From an uncultured Oscillospiraceae bacterium (GTDB taxonomy: Bacteria; Bacillota; Clostridia; Oscillospirales; Oscillospiraceae), in the NCBI GenBank assembly GCA_964425295.1, contig CAYRMX010000001.1, positions 1 through 36,597 on the forward strand: a stretch of 36,597 bases of DNA, read 5' to 3'. Both the position numbers and the translations under genes were made by a program. The notes beneath the pieces were generated by a model. The model did not search any database, was not told the origin of the DNA, and worked only from the letters and a program-made list of their open reading frames with translations. Below, piece after piece: positions 35,424 to 36,597 of the stretch. Positions within the stretch are counted from its first letter, which is position 1, and every line of letters begins with the position of its first letter.

Positions 35424-36597
35424 ATGATTACCTATCAGGCTCCGTTTTTTTACCTGACCACCGACAACACGACCTACGTCCTGCGTGTGACGCCCGATGA
35501 CGTGCTGAGCCACGTTTATTACGGAAAGAAGATCACCCCGGACGACCTGTCCTATTTCCGCCTTGATGAGCGCATGGGCTTTACGGCGTTTGCGCAGGGC
35601 AAAGACGGGCTTTACAGCAACGACCTCCTGCCGCAGGAGTATCCGACCTTCGGTTGCTCCGATTTCCGCAGCCCCGCGCTCATGATCGAGGGCGTGCAGG
35701 GACGCCGCATCAACAGCCTGCGCTACCGCAGCCATGAGATCGTCTCCGGGCGCGCGGAACTGAGCGGCCTGCCGTATCTGAATACGGGACTGGACGGGGT
35801 GCAGAGCCTTGTCATCACGCTTTTCGACGAGGTGACAGACGCAGAGATCCTGCTTCATTATGTGGTCTTCCCGCACTGCGATCTCATTGCGCGCCACGCG
35901 GTCATCTCCAATCCGACCGCCGCGCCCATGCAGATTCGCAAGGCAGACAGTCTCAGTCTTGACCTTCCGCGTGCGGATATGGACTTTCTGTCCTTGCAGG
36001 GCGGCTGGTGCCGTGAGCGCTATCCGGCGCGCCGCCCGATCTGCCAGGGCACGGTTTCCGTCGAAAGCCGCCGCGGTTCTTCCAGCGCGCAGCTCAATCC
36101 CTTTGCCGCGCTCATGGAAAAGAATGCAACGGAGACGAGCGGCGACGTCTACGGCTTTGCCTTTGTTTACAGCTCCGATTTTCGCATTGCCGCCGAGGTC
36201 AGCCAGACGGCAAAGACCCGCGTGCAGGTCGGTCTGAACCCCGAAACGTTTTCGTGGAAGCTGGAACCGAATGAAAGCTTTACCACGCCGGAAGCGCTGA
36301 TGACTTATTCCGCCGAGGGTCTCGGACGGATGTCTCGCAATTTCCATAAAGCCTGCCGTGCTCACCTCGGCAAGAGCGCGCAAAAGGGTCTGCGCCATCC
36401 CATCGTTGTCAATAATTGGGAAGCGACCTATTTCGACATCAACGAGGAAAAACTCGAAAAGCTGATCGAAAACAGCAAGGGACTGGGCATCGACACCTTC
36501 GTCCTCGACGACGGCTGGTTCGGTCACCGCGATTTTGACGACAAGGCGCTCGGCGACTGGTATGTTTTTGCGGAAAAGTTCCCGCACGGCTTGCAGC
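35424..36597 (+). CDS. GH36 alpha-galactosidase, 3'-truncated by the window edge
   Basis: Absent from the ORF track because there is no stop in the window. Manual translation from ATG 35424: MITYQAPFFYL...LPQEYPTFG.SDFR...NNWEATYFD...FVLDDGWFGHR...LGDW...KFPHGL. Confidence 0.95.
   Translation, partial: MITYQAPFFYLTTDNTTYVLRVTPDDVLSHVYYGKKITPDDLSYFRLDERMGFTAFAQGKDGLYSNDLLPQEYPTFGCSDFRSPALMIEGVQGRRINSLRYRSHEIVSGRAELSGLPYLNTGLDGVQSLVITLFDEVTDAEILLHYVVFPHCDLIARHAVISNPTAAPMQIRKADSLSLDLPRADMDFLSLQGGWCRERYPARRPICQGTVSVESRRGSSSAQLNPFAALMEKNATETSGDVYGFAFVYSSDFRIAAEVSQTAKTRVQVGLNPETFSWKLEPNESFTTPEALMTYSAEGLGRMSRNFHKACRAHLGKSAQKGLRHPIVVNNWEATYFDINEEKLEKLIENSKGLGIDTFVLDDGWFGHRDFDDKALGDWYVFAEKFPHGLQ

Overview
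GC-rich (~60% by eye) window from a Bacillota/Clostridia genome, probably a gut Oscillospiraceae-like organism (inferred from gene content, sigmaA-type promoters and SD sequences). The first ~8.8 kb is housekeeping: the end of an ECF transporter operon (AA'-S-T), a minus-strand envelope cluster (DUF896, lipoprotein, membrane protein, GtrA, PAP2) interrupted by an antisense DUF1294 gene, and two flavoproteins. From 8.85 kb to the end there is an AraC regulator divergent from a >26 kb same-strand, tightly coupled glycan-utilisation locus. It encodes a 1,975-aa secreted protein made of seven copies of an unrecognised ~230-aa Trp-rich module with Pro/Thr linkers, an EEP phosphoesterase lipoprotein, a membrane-anchored protein with two more copies of that module plus FN3, a DUF4874/DUF4832 lipoprotein, an extended ABC importer (2 SBPs, 4 permeases, NHL/TPR, YIP1 and DUF5696-like proteins, no ATPase), a GH42-like enzyme and a truncated GH36 alpha-galactosidase. 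The best candidate for a new system is the repeated module shared by a secreted heptamer and a membrane-anchored dimer, coupled to this importer. All family calls come from motif recognition, not database searches.
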